The position numbers were made by a program, and so were the translations under genes. A stretch of DNA of 64,000 nucleotides, from NCBI GenBank assembly GCA_963789265.1, contig CAWBKB010000001.1, positions 2,527,716-2,591,715 on the forward strand, read 5' to 3'. The stretch is from an uncultured delta proteobacterium (GTDB lineage Bacteria > Desulfobacterota > Desulfomonilia > Desulfomonilales > Desulfomonilaceae). The notes beneath the pieces are model-generated. The model did no database searches and was not told where the DNA came from. It saw nothing but the letters and a program-made list of their open reading frames with translations. Below, piece after piece: positions 63,755-64,000 of this stretch. Each line of letters begins with the position of its first letter. Positions within the stretch are counted from its first letter, which is position 1.

Positions 63755-64000
63755 CTAACCCAAGTGAAACCGACGCATTCTTTCATAAAGGGACTTTCGG
63801 GAAATCCCCAAAGCTTTGGCCGTGAGCGAGCGATGACCATCAAACAGATTCAATGTTCTTGTTATGAGTTCTCGTTCCAATTCCTTTAAGGTAATTCCTC
63901 GTCCTGGCAGTCGATTGATAAGTCCTGGAAAATCTTCATCCTTTGAATCGCCGGCATCGCGCATGTAAGGTGGTAAGTCATTGAGAGTGATTTGCCCGCC
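63755..64000 (-). CDS. C-terminus of a sigma54-dependent (NtrC/Fis HTH) transcriptional activator, partial
   Basis: IT.NDLP...TLKELERELI..TL....GHRS.TAKALGISRKSLYERM. Confidence 0.85.
   Translation of the reverse strand, partial: GGQITLNDLPPYMRDAGDSKDEDFPGLINRLPGRGITLKELERELITRTLNLFDGHRSLTAKALGISRKSLYERMRRFHLG

Overview
This is a bacterial window, most likely from an anaerobic deltaproteobacterium. A Desulfomonile-like origin is inferred from gene content and protein families only. (1) 1-26.4 kb is core-like: infA, a Fe-ADH/kdnA-like/kdsB trio (probable 8-amino-Kdo LPS modification), ffh, lutABC, a 2-hydroxyacid dehydrogenase, two orphan Liv-type binding proteins, mqsRA, uvrA, DUF362 and a zinc-ribbon protein. 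(2) 26.4-42.1 kb is an accessory zone: tRNA-Lys(CTT), an integrase/excisionase pair, decayed ParB-like and sigma/anti-sigma genes, an oppositely oriented tRNA-Glu 3' fragment (att site), an IS3-family remnant and an AraC-controlled AKR/CMD/cupin oxidoreductase cluster. (3) 42.3-64 kb is the highlight: a ~21 kb co-directional gene run behind a sigma54 promoter that encodes an anaerobe-type mycofactocin system. It holds an MftA precursor missed by the ORF track (46 aa, ending IDGICGVY), MftB, MftC, MftF, two FadH/OYE flavoenzymes with C-x2-D-x3-C cluster motifs, and an extra radical SAM enzyme. It also holds EtfA/EtfB flanking a heptaheme cytochrome c-cytochrome b-Fe-S/CCG fusion, an Mno-like alcohol dehydrogenase, an ALDH and a Liv-type ABC transporter. 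No mftD or mftE is visible in the window. Seven otherwise intact genes carry short frameshifts that look like sequencing errors. All protein calls are by motif recognition, with no database search.
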